Part shown: positions 1-9,607 of the stretch, piece after piece | How positions within the stretch are numbered: position 1 is the first letter of the stretch | Layout: the number at the start of each line of letters is the position of its first letter | From: a virus | Taxonomy: Duplodnaviria; Heunggongvirae; Uroviricota; Caudoviricetes | IMG/VR virus record: IMGVR_UViG_2534682091_000016 | Strand: one strand, 5' to 3' | Length of the DNA stretch: 40,141 nt | The notes under the pieces: generated by a model | What the model saw: only the letters and a program-made list of their open reading frames with translations | The model's database searches: none | Told to the model about the DNA's origin: nothing | Translations under genes and position numbers: made by a program

Positions 1-483
1 ATGACGAAGAAAAAAGCACATAAACCTGGTTCAGCGACCATCGCGCTTAACAAGCGCGCCCGTCACGAATACTTTATCGAAGAAGAGTTCGAAGCGGGAC
101 TTGCCCTGCAAGGCTGGGAGGTTAAATCCCTGCGCGCAGGAAAAGCCAATATCAGCGACAGCTACGTCCTTCTGCGTGACGGAGAGGCATTTCTGTTTGG
201 CGCTAACATCACGCCAATGGCCGTGGCCTCCACGCATGTGGTGTGCGATCCTACCCGTACCCGCAAGTTACTTCTCAACCAGCGCGAACTGGACTCATTG
301 TACGGTCGCGTCAATCGAGAAGGCTATACCGTAGTGGCGCTCTCCCTGTACTGGAAAAATGCCTGGTGCAAAGTGAAAATCGGCGTCGCCAAAGGTAAAA
401 AACAGCACGATAAACGTTCAGATATCAAAGAACGCGAATGGCAGGTGGATAAAGCACGTATCATGAAAAACGCCCACCGTTAA
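1..483 (+). CDS. smpB: SsrA-binding protein SmpB
   Basis: 160-aa ORF whose translation reads as enterobacterial SmpB; lies immediately upstream of the tmRNA gene as in E. coli and Salmonella; TAA stop at 481..483. Confidence 0.93.
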
Positions 484-697
484 ACCTGCACTCCAATTAT
501 TGACCAGTTCCTCACCGCGCCTCCCTCTCCGGCGGCGCGAATGAACATCTTATTGGCTATCACATCCGACACAAATGTTGCCATCCCATTGCTTAATCGA
601 ATAAAAATCAGGCTACATGGGTGCTAAATCTTTAACGATAACGCCATTGAGGCTGGTCATGGCGCTCATAAATCTGGTATACTTACCTTTACACATT

Positions 698-1060
698 GGG
701 GCTGATTCTGGATTCGACGGGATTTGCGAAACCCAAGGTGCATGCCGAGGGGCGGTTGGCCTCGTAAAAAGCCGCAAAAAATAGTCGCAAACGACGAAAA
801 CTACGCTTTAGCAGCTTAATAACCTGCTTAGAGCCCTCTCTCCCTAGCCTCCGCTCTTAGGACGGGGATCAAGAGAGGTCAAACCCAAAAGAGATCGCGT
901 GGAAGCCCTGCCTGGGGTTGAAGCGTTAAAACTTAATCAGGCTAGTTTGTTAGTGGCGTGTCCGTCCGCAGCTGGCAAGCGAATGTAAAGACTGACTAAG
1001 CATGTAGTACCGAGGATGTAGGAATTTCGGACGCGGGTTCAACTCCCGCCAGCTCCACCA
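698..1060 (+). ncRNA. ssrA: tmRNA (transfer-messenger RNA, SsrA)
   Basis: Begins GGGGCTGATTCTGGATTCGACGGG and ends ...GGGTTCAACTCCCGCCAGCTCCACCA, matching the enterobacterial tmRNA as recalled, including the tag-coding stretch and tRNA-like 3' end with CCA. Confidence 0.93.
1016..1060. repeat. 45-bp att direct repeat, copy 1 (3' end of ssrA)
   Basis: ATGTAGGAATTTCGGACGCGGGTTCAACTCCCGCCAGCTCCACCA is repeated exactly at 35716..35760. Confidence 0.9.
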
Positions 1061-1070
1061 AATAAATCAA

Positions 1071-1100
1071 GGGGTTACGTGAAAGCGTAACCCTTTTTTC
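1071..1100 (+). terminator. Rho-independent terminator of ssrA
   Basis: GC-rich hairpin GGGTTACG-tgaaa-GCGTAACCC followed by a T-run (TTTTTTC) directly after the tmRNA 3' end. Confidence 0.7.
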
Positions 1101-1183
1101 TTTGGTAGTGGCGGCAAAATGGCGACAGACTTTTGCGTCCATCTTGCCTGTCGCCATCTTGAAATCATGCAAAGAGGTTTCAC

Positions 1184-1666
1184 ATGGAAGAACTTCACTT
1201 TGTTTACATCAATGCAAATGGTCGTATCGGTGTTCACTCTATACAGAGCATCAGTTATAGCGAAAATCATATACAGGGCATTTGTAAGAACACCGATCGA
1301 ATAAAAACCTTCCGAAAAGACCGCATTCTTAAACAGTACGATTCACCAGAACAAGCCATTCAGGAATGCGCGTCATTCCTCCCCGAAAGCTACTCACATC
1401 TCACTAAGCAGTCTGGTCCGAAAAAAAATACATTCGATGTGTGTTTCACCGGATTTAAGAAAGCAGATAAAGAAAGATTGGTTGATAAGGCGAATGAACA
1501 AGGATTAACGGTAAGAACCTCTGTAACCCAAAGCCTTCAGATGCTCTGTTGCGGTTACAATGCAGGCCCATCAAAAGTATCGGCAGCCAGGATGAAAGGC
1601 ACAATCATCATAGATGAGCCTGGCTTTATACATTTTCTTGAAACGGGTGAGATCCCAGATGAATAA
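1184..1666 (+). CDS. Hypothetical protein with C-terminal BRCT-like domain (accessory gene between ssrA and ogr)
   Basis: 160-aa ORF with AGAGG Shine-Dalgarno about 8 nt upstream; C-terminal half (FDVCFTGFKK...GTIIIDEPGFIHFLETG) resembles BRCT domains such as the LigA C-terminus; N-terminal 60 aa not recognised. Confidence 0.55.
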   Translation: MEELHFVYINANGRIGVHSIQSISYSENHIQGICKNTDRIKTFRKDRILKQYDSPEQAIQECASFLPESYSHLTKQSGPKKNTFDVCFTGFKKADKERLVDKANEQGLTVRTSVTQSLQMLCCGYNAGPSKVSAARMKGTIIIDEPGFIHFLETGEIPDE

Positions 1667-1692
1667 AAACCTGCCGTAGCAGGTTCTCTTTC

Positions 1693-1911
1693 TCAAAAAT
1701 TCATATGCCCCTGACCACCTGGCAATGGATGTGGAGGAGCAGTAGCAATCAGTGCGGGTGTCACAATAAACCGGACCACTGTTTCATGAGTAACAAAAGT
1801 GCTCCCGCAGTTAATATTTTGGCACTGGCAGTAACGCTCTTTGGTGCTTTCAGTTACTTGAAAACTGCTCCTTGTGTGTGCCGCATGACCACACTTTGGA
1901 CAATTCATCAT
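1693..1911 (-). CDS. ogr: Late-gene transcriptional activator, Ogr/Delta zinc-finger family
   Basis: MNCPKCGHAAH...CQCQNINC...PHPLPGGQ shows the Cys4 zinc-finger pattern of P2 Ogr; position beside gene D as in P2. Start chosen at the internal Met pair, not the longest ORF. Confidence 0.8.
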   Translation of the reverse strand: MMNCPKCGHAAHTRSSFQVTESTKERYCQCQNINCGSTFVTHETVVRFIVTPALIATAPPHPLPGGQGHMNF

Positions 1912-1979
1912 ATCCAGATCCCTACCTTTGCTATCAGAATCATTGTAATGATACACAAAATATCAATATTGAGAACACT

Positions 1980-3080
1980 TTATTCCATTTCAAGATCATC
2001 AATCTTCACTTCGAGTTCAATACTGGTTGTAAAACCGTTATCCGGGCTGACGGTATGTGTCAGAGTCGTAATGGTCCATTCCGCATCATCTATCGGCTGT
2101 TTAAAACCACTGACCTTCACAGGCATTTCCGTGTAGAGATCTGCCCGCCCTTCTGCCAGTTGTAGCGAAAATGACGCAACGCCGCGTTGCAGGCGTTCCC
2201 ACTGCATTTTCGCCGCTCGTTCGGCGTTGCTCCGGTTGGCATAAGTGCGATTAAGTACCAGCACGTTTTCATCCGTACCCACCAGGTAATCGCCCTGCTT
2301 CGCTTCTGGCTCTTTCTTCTGCTTCTTAGTTCTGCGCTTACGCTTCACCGTGGTGCTTTCTTTCTTCGCAGGTTCGCGGGTATGCAACCAGCTGGCAATT
2401 ACGCCCGTGTAGGCTCCGCGATCTGCCAGGGTAAATCGGTGACTGTCGCCGTCCTTGCGTGTGATAGTGATCACTGGCAGAGGTTTACCAGTGGCGCTTT
2501 TGCCCTGCCCCTGCCTGATGAATAACAGATTGCCATTTTTCACCGACGCGATGGCACCGTACTGTCGCGCCAGCCGCATCAGAAAACTGCCGTCACTCTC
2601 ATTAGTCTGGTCTATATGCTCCACGGGCTTATCCGACAGGTCTTTACCCAGTGCCATCTTCAGCTTGTGCCGCACGGCTATTTCCTTCACCACTTCCCCG
2701 ACGGTGGTCTTATGCCACGATTTTTCACGGCGGGTATTCAGCGTTTCCCGAAAATCAGCACTTCGCGCCCGGATAGTCAGGCGGTCCGGTGCGCCAGTGT
2801 GTTCAATCTCGTCCACCGTGAATGCTCCTTTCGGGAAAAGCGGCTGCCCCTTCCAGCCCAGCGCCAGCGTAATGACAGCACCACGGCGCGGCAGCGCTAT
2901 TTTTCCATCGGCGTCGTCCAGCTCCAGATCAAGCTGGTCCGCTTCAAAGCCCCGGTTATCCGTCAGCGTCAGCCTCATCAGGCGGTTATCCAGCACAGTG
3001 GTGATATCCCTGCCCTCAATACTGATGCTGAATGCGGGAGTTTTGTTGCCTTTGTTAAGCAGTTCAGAGCTGAAATTCAC
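1980..3080 (-). CDS. Tail protein D (late control gene D family)
   Basis: 366 aa, position after U and before ogr, P2 gpD-like length and sequence character. Confidence 0.85.
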   Translation of the reverse strand: MNFSSELLNKGNKTPAFSISIEGRDITTVLDNRLMRLTLTDNRGFEADQLDLELDDADGKIALPRRGAVITLALGWKGQPLFPKGAFTVDEIEHTGAPDRLTIRARSADFRETLNTRREKSWHKTTVGEVVKEIAVRHKLKMALGKDLSDKPVEHIDQTNESDGSFLMRLARQYGAIASVKNGNLLFIRQGQGKSATGKPLPVITITRKDGDSHRFTLADRGAYTGVIASWLHTREPAKKESTTVKRKRRTKKQKKEPEAKQGDYLVGTDENVLVLNRTYANRSNAERAAKMQWERLQRGVASFSLQLAEGRADLYTEMPVKVSGFKQPIDDAEWTITTLTHTVSPDNGFTTSIELEVKIDDLEME

Positions 3081-3562
3081 GACAGCAGCCCTCCCACCGT
3101 TTTACCGATATCGCTTAAGGCAGACGTTGCCGTGTCCTGCAGATTATTCAGTTGCGTACTGAGATCACCGAACATATCGGACAGGGATTCATCCACCCGT
3201 TTGAGCGACAGGGTGAACTCAATCCGGCGCGGCATACCATCGCGGAAAAACTCCGTTTTAGTCTGATTTATTCCCTCAATCACATACATGCCGTAAATGG
3301 TGCCGCTGCCTTCAATCAGGGGCCATGCTTTCCCCTGTTCTGCCATCTGCTCCAGTGCCAGCAACGACAGCCTGCCACCTGTTATCTCCGGCATAAGAAC
3401 ACCGGAAAGCGTCAGCATGTCGTTGTCCGGCCCCAGAAACTGCGTGGACGGACGTCGGTTTACCCGGCTGTTTGCCGCATGTCGCCAGCTGCGTTGATAC
3501 TGCAGCTCCTGATACGGCACGGTGCGCAGCATAAACACGTACAATCCCAGCACCATCATCAT
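3077..3562 (-). CDS. Tail protein U
   Basis: 161 aa, overlaps D start by 4 nt and follows the tape measure gene; P2 gpU synteny. Confidence 0.8.
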   Translation of the reverse strand: MMMVLGLYVFMLRTVPYQELQYQRSWRHAANSRVNRRPSTQFLGPDNDMLTLSGVLMPEITGGRLSLLALEQMAEQGKAWPLIEGSGTIYGMYVIEGINQTKTEFFRDGMPRRIEFTLSLKRVDESLSDMFGDLSTQLNNLQDTATSALSDIGKTVGGLLS

Positions 3563-6500
3563 GCGTCGTATCCCCCCTGATCGCTGTAGTTACTCCTGGC
3601 TTTTGCCTTCAGCCTGCGTTCACGTTCATCAAGCTGGCGGGCCACCTCCCGCGCAATATCCTGCGCACTTTGTCCTGGCTGCGTCTGGATGATGATCTGC
3701 GTCGGTGCCTCAATCCTGTAAACGGGCGGCACAGTGGCTGCGCGACTCACAATTGCTTCTCCACCTTTCGCGGGAAGTGCCAAAGGGTGCAACGGTGGAA
3801 GCTCTGCTGGCGCGGCAGCAACGCCCATCATTCCGGCGACAACCGCAGCCAGTGCAGCGGTATTTCTCCGGCTGGTCACGTTTGCCGGGCCGTTGACAAT
3901 TTCAGGCCCGTTTTCACCGACAATGCCAAACTGCCCGCGCGGGATATACCCGCCGCTGTCATACATCCCCGCAAAGCCATATCCCCATGATGGAAAACCA
4001 CCCGATGGTATCATCACTTTACCGTCTGCATTCACCGTCACAGGTTGCTGACGCGTCACGCTTTCCGGCAGTTTTGCCTTTGCGGCCTCTTTACTGACAA
4101 TGCCAAGTTTCTCCAGTAACCAGGAAACACCGGATTTCAGGGAGTCCAGCGGATGCATAACCATATTCAGCCCTTCCGCCAGTGCCTCCCCGAATCGTCG
4201 CCCCATTGCCGCTGCGCTCTGCAGTTCGGCAGAGGTCGACTTAACGGGCGTCAGCAGATCAGTAAACCAGCCCCACAGCGCCTGTACTTTATCGCCAATC
4301 CACTGAAATACAGGCTTAAGTGGTTCGAATGCTGCACTGACGGGACTAGCCGCCGCTTTGAATCCTTCCACCACGCCACCGAGAAATGCGTTGATGGGTT
4401 GCCAGTATTTCCAGACAACCAGTGCCACACCCGCCAGTGCAGTAACCACAAGACCTATCGGACTGAGCAGAGCACCTAACAGACCAGATATGGCATACAG
4501 GGCAACGCGCAGCATCGCCAGCGGACCGGATGCCAGTACTCGCAGCACCGCGCCTGCGGCAGCCAGTCCACCGCGTAGTGCTGCCAGTGGATTCATAAAC
4601 ATCACAACAACAGCACGTAAACCGGATAATCCAGACCGCAACAGTGCAACCGGCACACCTGCTACAGTTTTCAGGACATTCCCCGTCAGTGATGCCGTGC
4701 GGTGCAAAGACGACAACGGCGCAGTAAGTAAACCCGCTGCGTTGCCCGATGAAGCAAGCCCGCGTCGCAGCAGTGCCAGTGGAGCGCCAGCTAACCAAGA
4801 CAACGCTCTGCTGGTTCGTGTTACTGCTGCCGTAACGGAAGGTAACGTTTTGATACCCAGCACAGAGAATCCCAGACGGATGACTGCCAGCGGCCCCAGC
4901 ACTGCAGCCAGCGCCACCGCTAAGGTGCCGAGGCCTACGGTAACCGCAGCCACAACAGCCGCTACTTTCATCAGTGTGCCTGTCAGTTCCGGGTTAGCTT
5001 CCACCCAGCGGCGCAACGCCCCCGTGATGCTTTTCACCGTGTACAGAATATCCATCAGCGGCTGGCGCAGCGTTTCGCCCAGGCTGCTGAAGGTGTTCTG
5101 CGCTCCGGTTTTGACCAGCAACCACTGAGCAGAAAGTGAGTCTTTGTTGATGTCGGATTCTTTCTGCATGGAACCGAGCGCATCATTGCCCGCTGTCAGT
5201 TTTAGCTGGCGCTGCAGTTCCTGAAGGTTGTTTGCCAGTTTCGCCGCGTCATCACCAAACTCTTTACCAAACAACATGGTCATGGCAGACAGACGCTTGT
5301 CCTGCGGCAGTGCGTTCACCTTCTCCAGCACACGCTGGATAGTTCCCATCGCATCCTTCGTCATCTGCTTTTCAATCACTTCAGGATTGAGTTTCAGCAG
5401 ATTCATCCCTTCAAAGAAACTCTTGCTTTGCATGGTGGCAATGGACAATTCACGCACCATCGCGTTTGCTGCACTGGCTGCAACCTCCGGCGCAGCGCCC
5501 AGTGTCAGAAAGGTGGAACCCAGTGCCGCCGCTTTACGATAATCCAGACGGTCAGCCACACCGCCCAGACGTTGCATCACATCAATGATGTCCGCCCCTT
5601 TCGACATGGCGTTATCATCCAGATAGTTCAGCGCATCGCCGAGCTGTTCAATATTGCGGGTAGGTATTTTGTAGAGCTGGGCGATTTTCCCCAGACTTTC
5701 TGACAGTTCATCCGCTGGCAGCTCAAAGGCTGTTGCCGCCTTTGCTGCCGTACTGGCGAAGGCCAGCAGGTCACGTTTCTGGTCTTCCCAGCTGTCGTCA
5801 GGGTCTGCGACGTTCATGCGCGCACCACCTTCAACCAGTGCAGCGAAGTCCACCGCACCGTTTTCCATCGGCAACTGTTCGCTGGCAGCCTTGATGGCAT
5901 CCTGCATTTCATAAAAACGTGCAGTACGGTTTCCATTATCGTCACGCAGACCATTGACCTGCTTTGCCACACCTTTCATGGCATCTTCCATGCTGGTATA
6001 GCTTTTTACTGCCGCCATCACTGGCGTCCCCATTGCCAGCCCTGCAGCCGTGGTAGTGGCTCCGGCTCCTGCAATACGATCGCGCACCTCCAGCGAACGG
6101 GCATAACTGGCACGCGCCGCATTCATCCTGCGCTGAGCTTCACCCAGTCGCTTCAGCCGCGCCTCCTGTTTCGACAATTCCTGGTTATAACGTGATGTTT
6201 CACGGGCTAAACGGGCAGTTGCTCCCGCATCATCTTTCGCAGAAATTCCCGCCCGGTACAGTTCTGCACGCACAAGCGCCGTTTGCTTCTGCAAATATTT
6301 TTGTTGTTCTTCCAGGCGTTGGACTGCCAGCGTTTGCCGACCTAAAGCCACAAGGTGCCGTTGTGATGGTTGTTCCATCGCCTCCAGCTCAGAGCTAAGC
6401 AAATTAGCCTTCTGTCTGGCATAGTTCAGCCTGTCGCCTAACTTCTTGTTATCGGCCTGCAGCTTGCGAAATTTTTCCAGGCTGTTACCCGCCTGATTGA

Positions 6501-6636
6501 GTTGCTTTAATGCGTCACGGGAGTTTCTGATTGCACCAGCCAGCTCTTTCGAACTGGCCTGTGCAGCACGGAATGGGCGGGTGAGTTTGTCAACCGCATT
6601 AAGAATGACCTGCAGGCGCAGGTTGTTATCACTCAT
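3559..6636 (-). CDS. Tail tape measure protein (gpT)
   Basis: 1025-aa Ala/Gly-rich protein with coiled-coil N-terminus and hydrophobic repeats, downstream of the E/E' chaperone pair. Confidence 0.88.
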   Translation of the reverse strand: MSDNNLRLQVILNAVDKLTRPFRAAQASSKELAGAIRNSRDALKQLNQAGNSLEKFRKLQADNKKLGDRLNYARQKANLLSSELEAMEQPSQRHLVALGRQTLAVQRLEEQQKYLQKQTALVRAELYRAGISAKDDAGATARLARETSRYNQELSKQEARLKRLGEAQRRMNAARASYARSLEVRDRIAGAGATTTAAGLAMGTPVMAAVKSYTSMEDAMKGVAKQVNGLRDDNGNRTARFYEMQDAIKAASEQLPMENGAVDFAALVEGGARMNVADPDDSWEDQKRDLLAFASTAAKAATAFELPADELSESLGKIAQLYKIPTRNIEQLGDALNYLDDNAMSKGADIIDVMQRLGGVADRLDYRKAAALGSTFLTLGAAPEVAASAANAMVRELSIATMQSKSFFEGMNLLKLNPEVIEKQMTKDAMGTIQRVLEKVNALPQDKRLSAMTMLFGKEFGDDAAKLANNLQELQRQLKLTAGNDALGSMQKESDINKDSLSAQWLLVKTGAQNTFSSLGETLRQPLMDILYTVKSITGALRRWVEANPELTGTLMKVAAVVAAVTVGLGTLAVALAAVLGPLAVIRLGFSVLGIKTLPSVTAAVTRTSRALSWLAGAPLALLRRGLASSGNAAGLLTAPLSSLHRTASLTGNVLKTVAGVPVALLRSGLSGLRAVVVMFMNPLAALRGGLAAAGAVLRVLASGPLAMLRVALYAISGLLGALLSPIGLVVTALAGVALVVWKYWQPINAFLGGVVEGFKAAASPVSAAFEPLKPVFQWIGDKVQALWGWFTDLLTPVKSTSAELQSAAAMGRRFGEALAEGLNMVMHPLDSLKSGVSWLLEKLGIVSKEAAKAKLPESVTRQQPVTVNADGKVMIPSGGFPSWGYGFAGMYDSGGYIPRGQFGIVGENGPEIVNGPANVTSRRNTAALAAVVAGMMGVAAAPAELPPLHPLALPAKGGEAIVSRAATVPPVYRIEAPTQIIIQTQPGQSAQDIAREVARQLDERERRLKAKARSNYSDQGGYDA

Positions 6637-7065
6637 CGTTGGCCCCGCTTCTCTGAATCGCTTTATACCGCCATTCCAGCACTTCGGTCAGCGGCATAAC
6701 GTCAGTAACGGATGGCGGCCAGTGAAAAATGGTGGCGATATCTGCCACCAGATCGTCAACCGTCAGGCTGTCGGTAAACCGGCAAGCACCGACTTCTTCA
6801 ACAAAAAAGTGACAACCTCAACCGACATGGCTGTGAGATCTGCCGGGTCCATCTCTGCGATTTCCTGTGCAGTCAGTGCCGGACTGGAGATGCGGGGGAT
6901 CACGGTCATCATCGCGTTCACATCCATATCCATAATGGCCTGCAGGCGTGTGCCGCGCAGCGCACCAGACTGCGGTTTACGCAACACAATTTCGGTAATT
7001 TCTGTTTTACCGCGCATGATGGGGGTATCCAGTTGAATGGTCTTTTCAGTCTGTTTATCGCTCAT
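6629..7065 (-). CDS. Tail assembly chaperone gpE+E' (programmed -1 frameshift product)
   Basis: Slippery T-TTT-TTG on the minus strand at 6802..6808 in the gpE frame; the -1 frame stays open to a TGA at 6629..6631 overlapping the tape measure start, as in P2. Confidence 0.7.
6763..7065 (-). CDS. Tail assembly chaperone gpE
   Basis: 100-aa ORF ending ...VTFLLKKSVLAGLPTA; contains the slippery heptamer used to make E+E'. Confidence 0.85.
   Translation of the reverse strand: MSDKQTEKTIQLDTPIMRGKTEITEIVLRKPQSGALRGTRLQAIMDMDVNAMMTVIPRISSPALTAQEIAEMDPADLTAMSVEVVTFLLKKSVLAGLPTA
6802..6808 (-). promoter_or_regulatory. Programmed -1 ribosomal frameshift site (TTTTTTG)
   Basis: Heptamer read as ACT TTT TTG in the gpE frame; identical in form to the P2 E/E' site. 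Confidence 0.7.
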
Positions 7066-7119
7066 TTTGTTGTCCTGTAAATTAGGTTCTGGCGCGGCAT
7101 TCCGCGCCGTTCAGATACA

Positions 7120-7635
7120 TCAGAGGCCGAGGGCGTTGCGGTGCGCTTCCATCAGGTCCACACCGTCCACAATTTCCACCATGTTGATAAGGTCCACTTC
7201 ATAGAGCACCTCACCATTGATGGTCAGCTTCGCGTAGCTGTTGGTACTGGTCACTTTGGTGGTGTTGCTTTCGCCCGTCTTCCACTCGCCGGAATCCACT
7301 TCTTTGTGACGTCCACGCACGACAAGCTCCACGGCCTGCACTTCCCCGGTATCGTCACGCTGGATAGAGCCGGTAAAGCGCAGCTGGATGCCATCCACCG
7401 TGGATTTGCCCATCTGCTTAAACAGCAGCAGTTCAGTACCACCAATGGAAAATTCTGTATCCAGTGCACTGTCATCCAGTCCCAGATCCACATCCACCGC
7501 CCCCGGCATACCGCCGCCGCGATACTTCTCATATTTGCGGGTGAATTTCGGCAGCGTCAGCGACTCAACGATCCCCTGCCAGTTGTTCCCGTCGTTAAAC
7601 AGGTTCAGATGTTTTAATTTGCGTGGTAAAGCCAT
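7120..7635 (-). CDS. Tail tube protein FII
   Basis: 171 aa, directly after the sheath gene, P2 FII synteny. Confidence 0.85.
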   Translation of the reverse strand: MALPRKLKHLNLFNDGNNWQGIVESLTLPKFTRKYEKYRGGGMPGAVDVDLGLDDSALDTEFSIGGTELLLFKQMGKSTVDGIQLRFTGSIQRDDTGEVQAVELVVRGRHKEVDSGEWKTGESNTTKVTSTNSYAKLTINGEVLYEVDLINMVEIVDGVDLMEAHRNALGL

Positions 7636-7644
7636 GTTGTCCCC

Positions 7645-8817
7645 TTACGCGCTGACCTGGCTGGCGAAATTCACCAGGTACTGATCGGTGATGCGCTGGC
7701 GCAGCATCAGATTTTCAAGTGGCGGCATTGGCGTGTAGTCATAGTCGATGGTGAGTTTTCCGGCTTTCAGCGTGTCTTTGTCGTTCACCGACTCATCCAG
7801 CCAGCAATCACCACCAATGAGATACCCCTGACTGACCAGGCTGCGCATTTTGGCGCGGATACCTTCGATAATGTCGCGGGCCAGCGACGGGTTAAGCGGT
7901 TTATCCACCGCCCACATGTGTGCTTCTGCCATCGTGTCCATCAGCACCTGCGCCGTGCGGGTGTAGTTTTCGAAGGCAAAGAGCGGGTCATCACTCAGGC
8001 AGCGGGAACCCCAGAAGCGGAAACCGTCTTTACGCACAAGCGTGGTGACGTCGTTCTGGTTCAGCAGACCTGCATCGGTTGCCGGGTCCTGCAGATCCCA
8101 GAACACATCAGCAGAAATTCCGGTGACACCGTTCACGCCCACGTTGGACAGGCTTTTGTGCCATCCAGTCTGCTCATCAATTTTGGCGCGCAGACCGAGC
8201 GCACGAGCGGTGGCATATGCCGTTGCTTCGGCATTCAGCACCGTGTCCCAGCCAGTAAAGTCAGGCCAGATCAGCATCCCTTCGCGCTGGCTGAAGTTTT
8301 CGCGGTAAGTGATCGCCTCCTGCACTGTCTTGCAGCCATACGCTGACAGGTAAGCAAACCCACGCAGGCTTTGCGCCACGCTCAGCAACTCAGTAGCTAC
8401 CGCCTTGGTGTCGTGGCCTGGCACGCCGAGAATGCGCGGTTTAACGCCGAGCTGTGACTGGGCAGATAACAGGGCTTTCATACCTGTTTTTTTACCTTCA
8501 GCAGTCACTGCGCCGATGATATTGGTCGTGGTTTCTTCTTCCGTTTCACCCTGCGGCACACGCACAACAACGGTCACGGGTTTTGCCTGGTCAGCGATGG
8601 CATCCAGCGAGCGGGCCAGTGTGCCGGACTCACCCGCTTTACCGCTGGCAGTCAGCACATCAGTGATCAGCACGGGTTTATTAAGAGGAAACATTTTTGC
8701 ATCGGCATCATCGCCCGTGCAGACCATACCCACGATGGCGGTGCTCACCGTGGTAATAGATCGGGTGCCTTCGTTGACTTCAACAACGCGCACCCCGTGG
8801 TGGTAATCCTGAGCCAT
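7645..8817 (-). CDS. Contractile tail sheath protein FI
   Basis: 390 aa with P2 FI-like length and position ahead of FII. Confidence 0.88.
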   Translation of the reverse strand: MAQDYHHGVRVVEVNEGTRSITTVSTAIVGMVCTGDDADAKMFPLNKPVLITDVLTASGKAGESGTLARSLDAIADQAKPVTVVVRVPQGETEEETTTNIIGAVTAEGKKTGMKALLSAQSQLGVKPRILGVPGHDTKAVATELLSVAQSLRGFAYLSAYGCKTVQEAITYRENFSQREGMLIWPDFTGWDTVLNAEATAYATARALGLRAKIDEQTGWHKSLSNVGVNGVTGISADVFWDLQDPATDAGLLNQNDVTTLVRKDGFRFWGSRCLSDDPLFAFENYTRTAQVLMDTMAEAHMWAVDKPLNPSLARDIIEGIRAKMRSLVSQGYLIGGDCWLDESVNDKDTLKAGKLTIDYDYTPMPPLENLMLRQRITDQYLVNFASQVSA

Positions 8818-8893
8818 AGTGGCGAACCTCCTGATTGGATTAGGCTTCGCCCTATGTTGAAGTGATTGTGCCTGACAAACAGCTAAGCGCAGT

Positions 8894-8911
8894 TGTACCG
8901 TTATTCATACA
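8894..8911 (-). promoter_or_regulatory. Putative Ogr-type activator site (TGT-N12-ACA) of the FI late promoter
   Basis: TGTACCGTTATTCATACA lies about 77-94 nt upstream of the FI start codon; P2 late promoters carry TGT-N12-ACA near -55. Confidence 0.5.
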
Positions 8912-8959
8912 AAATGACGGTATTTGTCTGCTTGCAGGGATAATCAACATAATGCTGAT

Positions 8960-9532
8960 TCAGGGGGATTCATTGCTCTTATTTGCCGGAAATTTTCTAT
9001 AAATTGTGGAAACACCTACATCAAAAATCAGTGCAATACGCTGTCTTGATTCTCCGGCCTCGAGTAAACGTCCAATCTGTGCCCACTGTTCGGTGGTCAA
9101 CTTAGGACGGCGTCCACCTACTCTGCCTTTGGCGCGAGCTGCAGCAAGCCCCGCCCTGGTACGTTCAACTATCAGTTCGCGCTCCATTTCAGCCAGGGCA
9201 CCCATGACATGAAAAAAGAAACGGCCCATTGGGGTACTGGTATCAATACTGTCAGTCAGGCTTCGGAAATTCACGCCACGCTGGCGCAGCTCTTCTATCA
9301 GCGTAACGAGATGCCGCATACTGCGCCCCAACCTGTCCAGCTTCCAGACAACCAGAGTGTCACCTGCCGATAATGTCCTGAGCAGTTTTTTCAGTCCCGG
9401 TCTGTCGGACTTAGTGCCACTGATTTTGTCCTCAAAAATCCGCTCACATCCCGCGCAGTTCAGCGCACTACGTTGCAAATCGGTGTTCTGGTCATTTGTT
9501 GACACGCGTACATAGCCAATAAGCATGATCAA
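8960..9532 (-). CDS. Serine DNA invertase (Gin/Hin/Pin/Cin family)
   Basis: N-terminus MLIGYVRVSTNDQNTDLQR...LVVWKLDRLGRS and C-terminal HTH align closely with Mu Gin as recalled; sits next to an invertible tail-fibre segment. Real start probably the third codon. Confidence 0.88.
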   Translation of the reverse strand: MIMLIGYVRVSTNDQNTDLQRSALNCAGCERIFEDKISGTKSDRPGLKKLLRTLSAGDTLVVWKLDRLGRSMRHLVTLIEELRQRGVNFRSLTDSIDTSTPMGRFFFHVMGALAEMERELIVERTRAGLAAARAKGRVGGRRPKLTTEQWAQIGRLLEAGESRQRIALIFDVGVSTIYRKFPANKSNESP

Positions 9533-9581
9533 TCCCCTGAATAAAAACCGGGGATGATGCCAGTTAGCCGTTATCTCTGCA

Positions 9582-9607
9582 TTTTCATAAACGTTGGTTT
9601 GGGAGAA
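9582..9607. repeat. Invertase crossover site 1 (gix/hix-like, 26 bp)
   Basis: TTTTCATAAACG-TT-GGTTTGGGAGAA: two imperfect 12-bp half-sites around a 2-bp core; 14 bp are an exact inverted repeat of 11148..11161. Confidence 0.75.

Noticed and set aside
1067-1304. Two short ORFs overlapping the ssrA terminator and the start of the BRCT-like gene
   Set aside because: They span the terminator hairpin and overlap a better-supported ORF; no ribosome-binding sites.
2455-3266. Overlapping plus-strand ORFs of 235 and 216 aa across the D/U genes
   Set aside because: Antisense to the D and U genes with Ser/Arg-rich translations; GC-rich shadow frames.
3670-5128. Several long plus-strand ORFs (up to 256 aa) inside the tape measure gene region
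   Set aside because: They lie antisense to a well-supported 1025-aa minus-strand gene in GC-rich DNA, have Pro/Ala/Arg-rich low-complexity translations and no ribosome-binding sites; typical shadow ORFs.
9554-9595. N-terminal 14 codons of the track ORF 9554..10060, as an independent start of a tail-fibre gene
   Set aside because: These codons lie outside the invertible segment and upstream of the crossover core; the cassette is a silent C-terminal exchange module, so the ATG is probably fortuitous.
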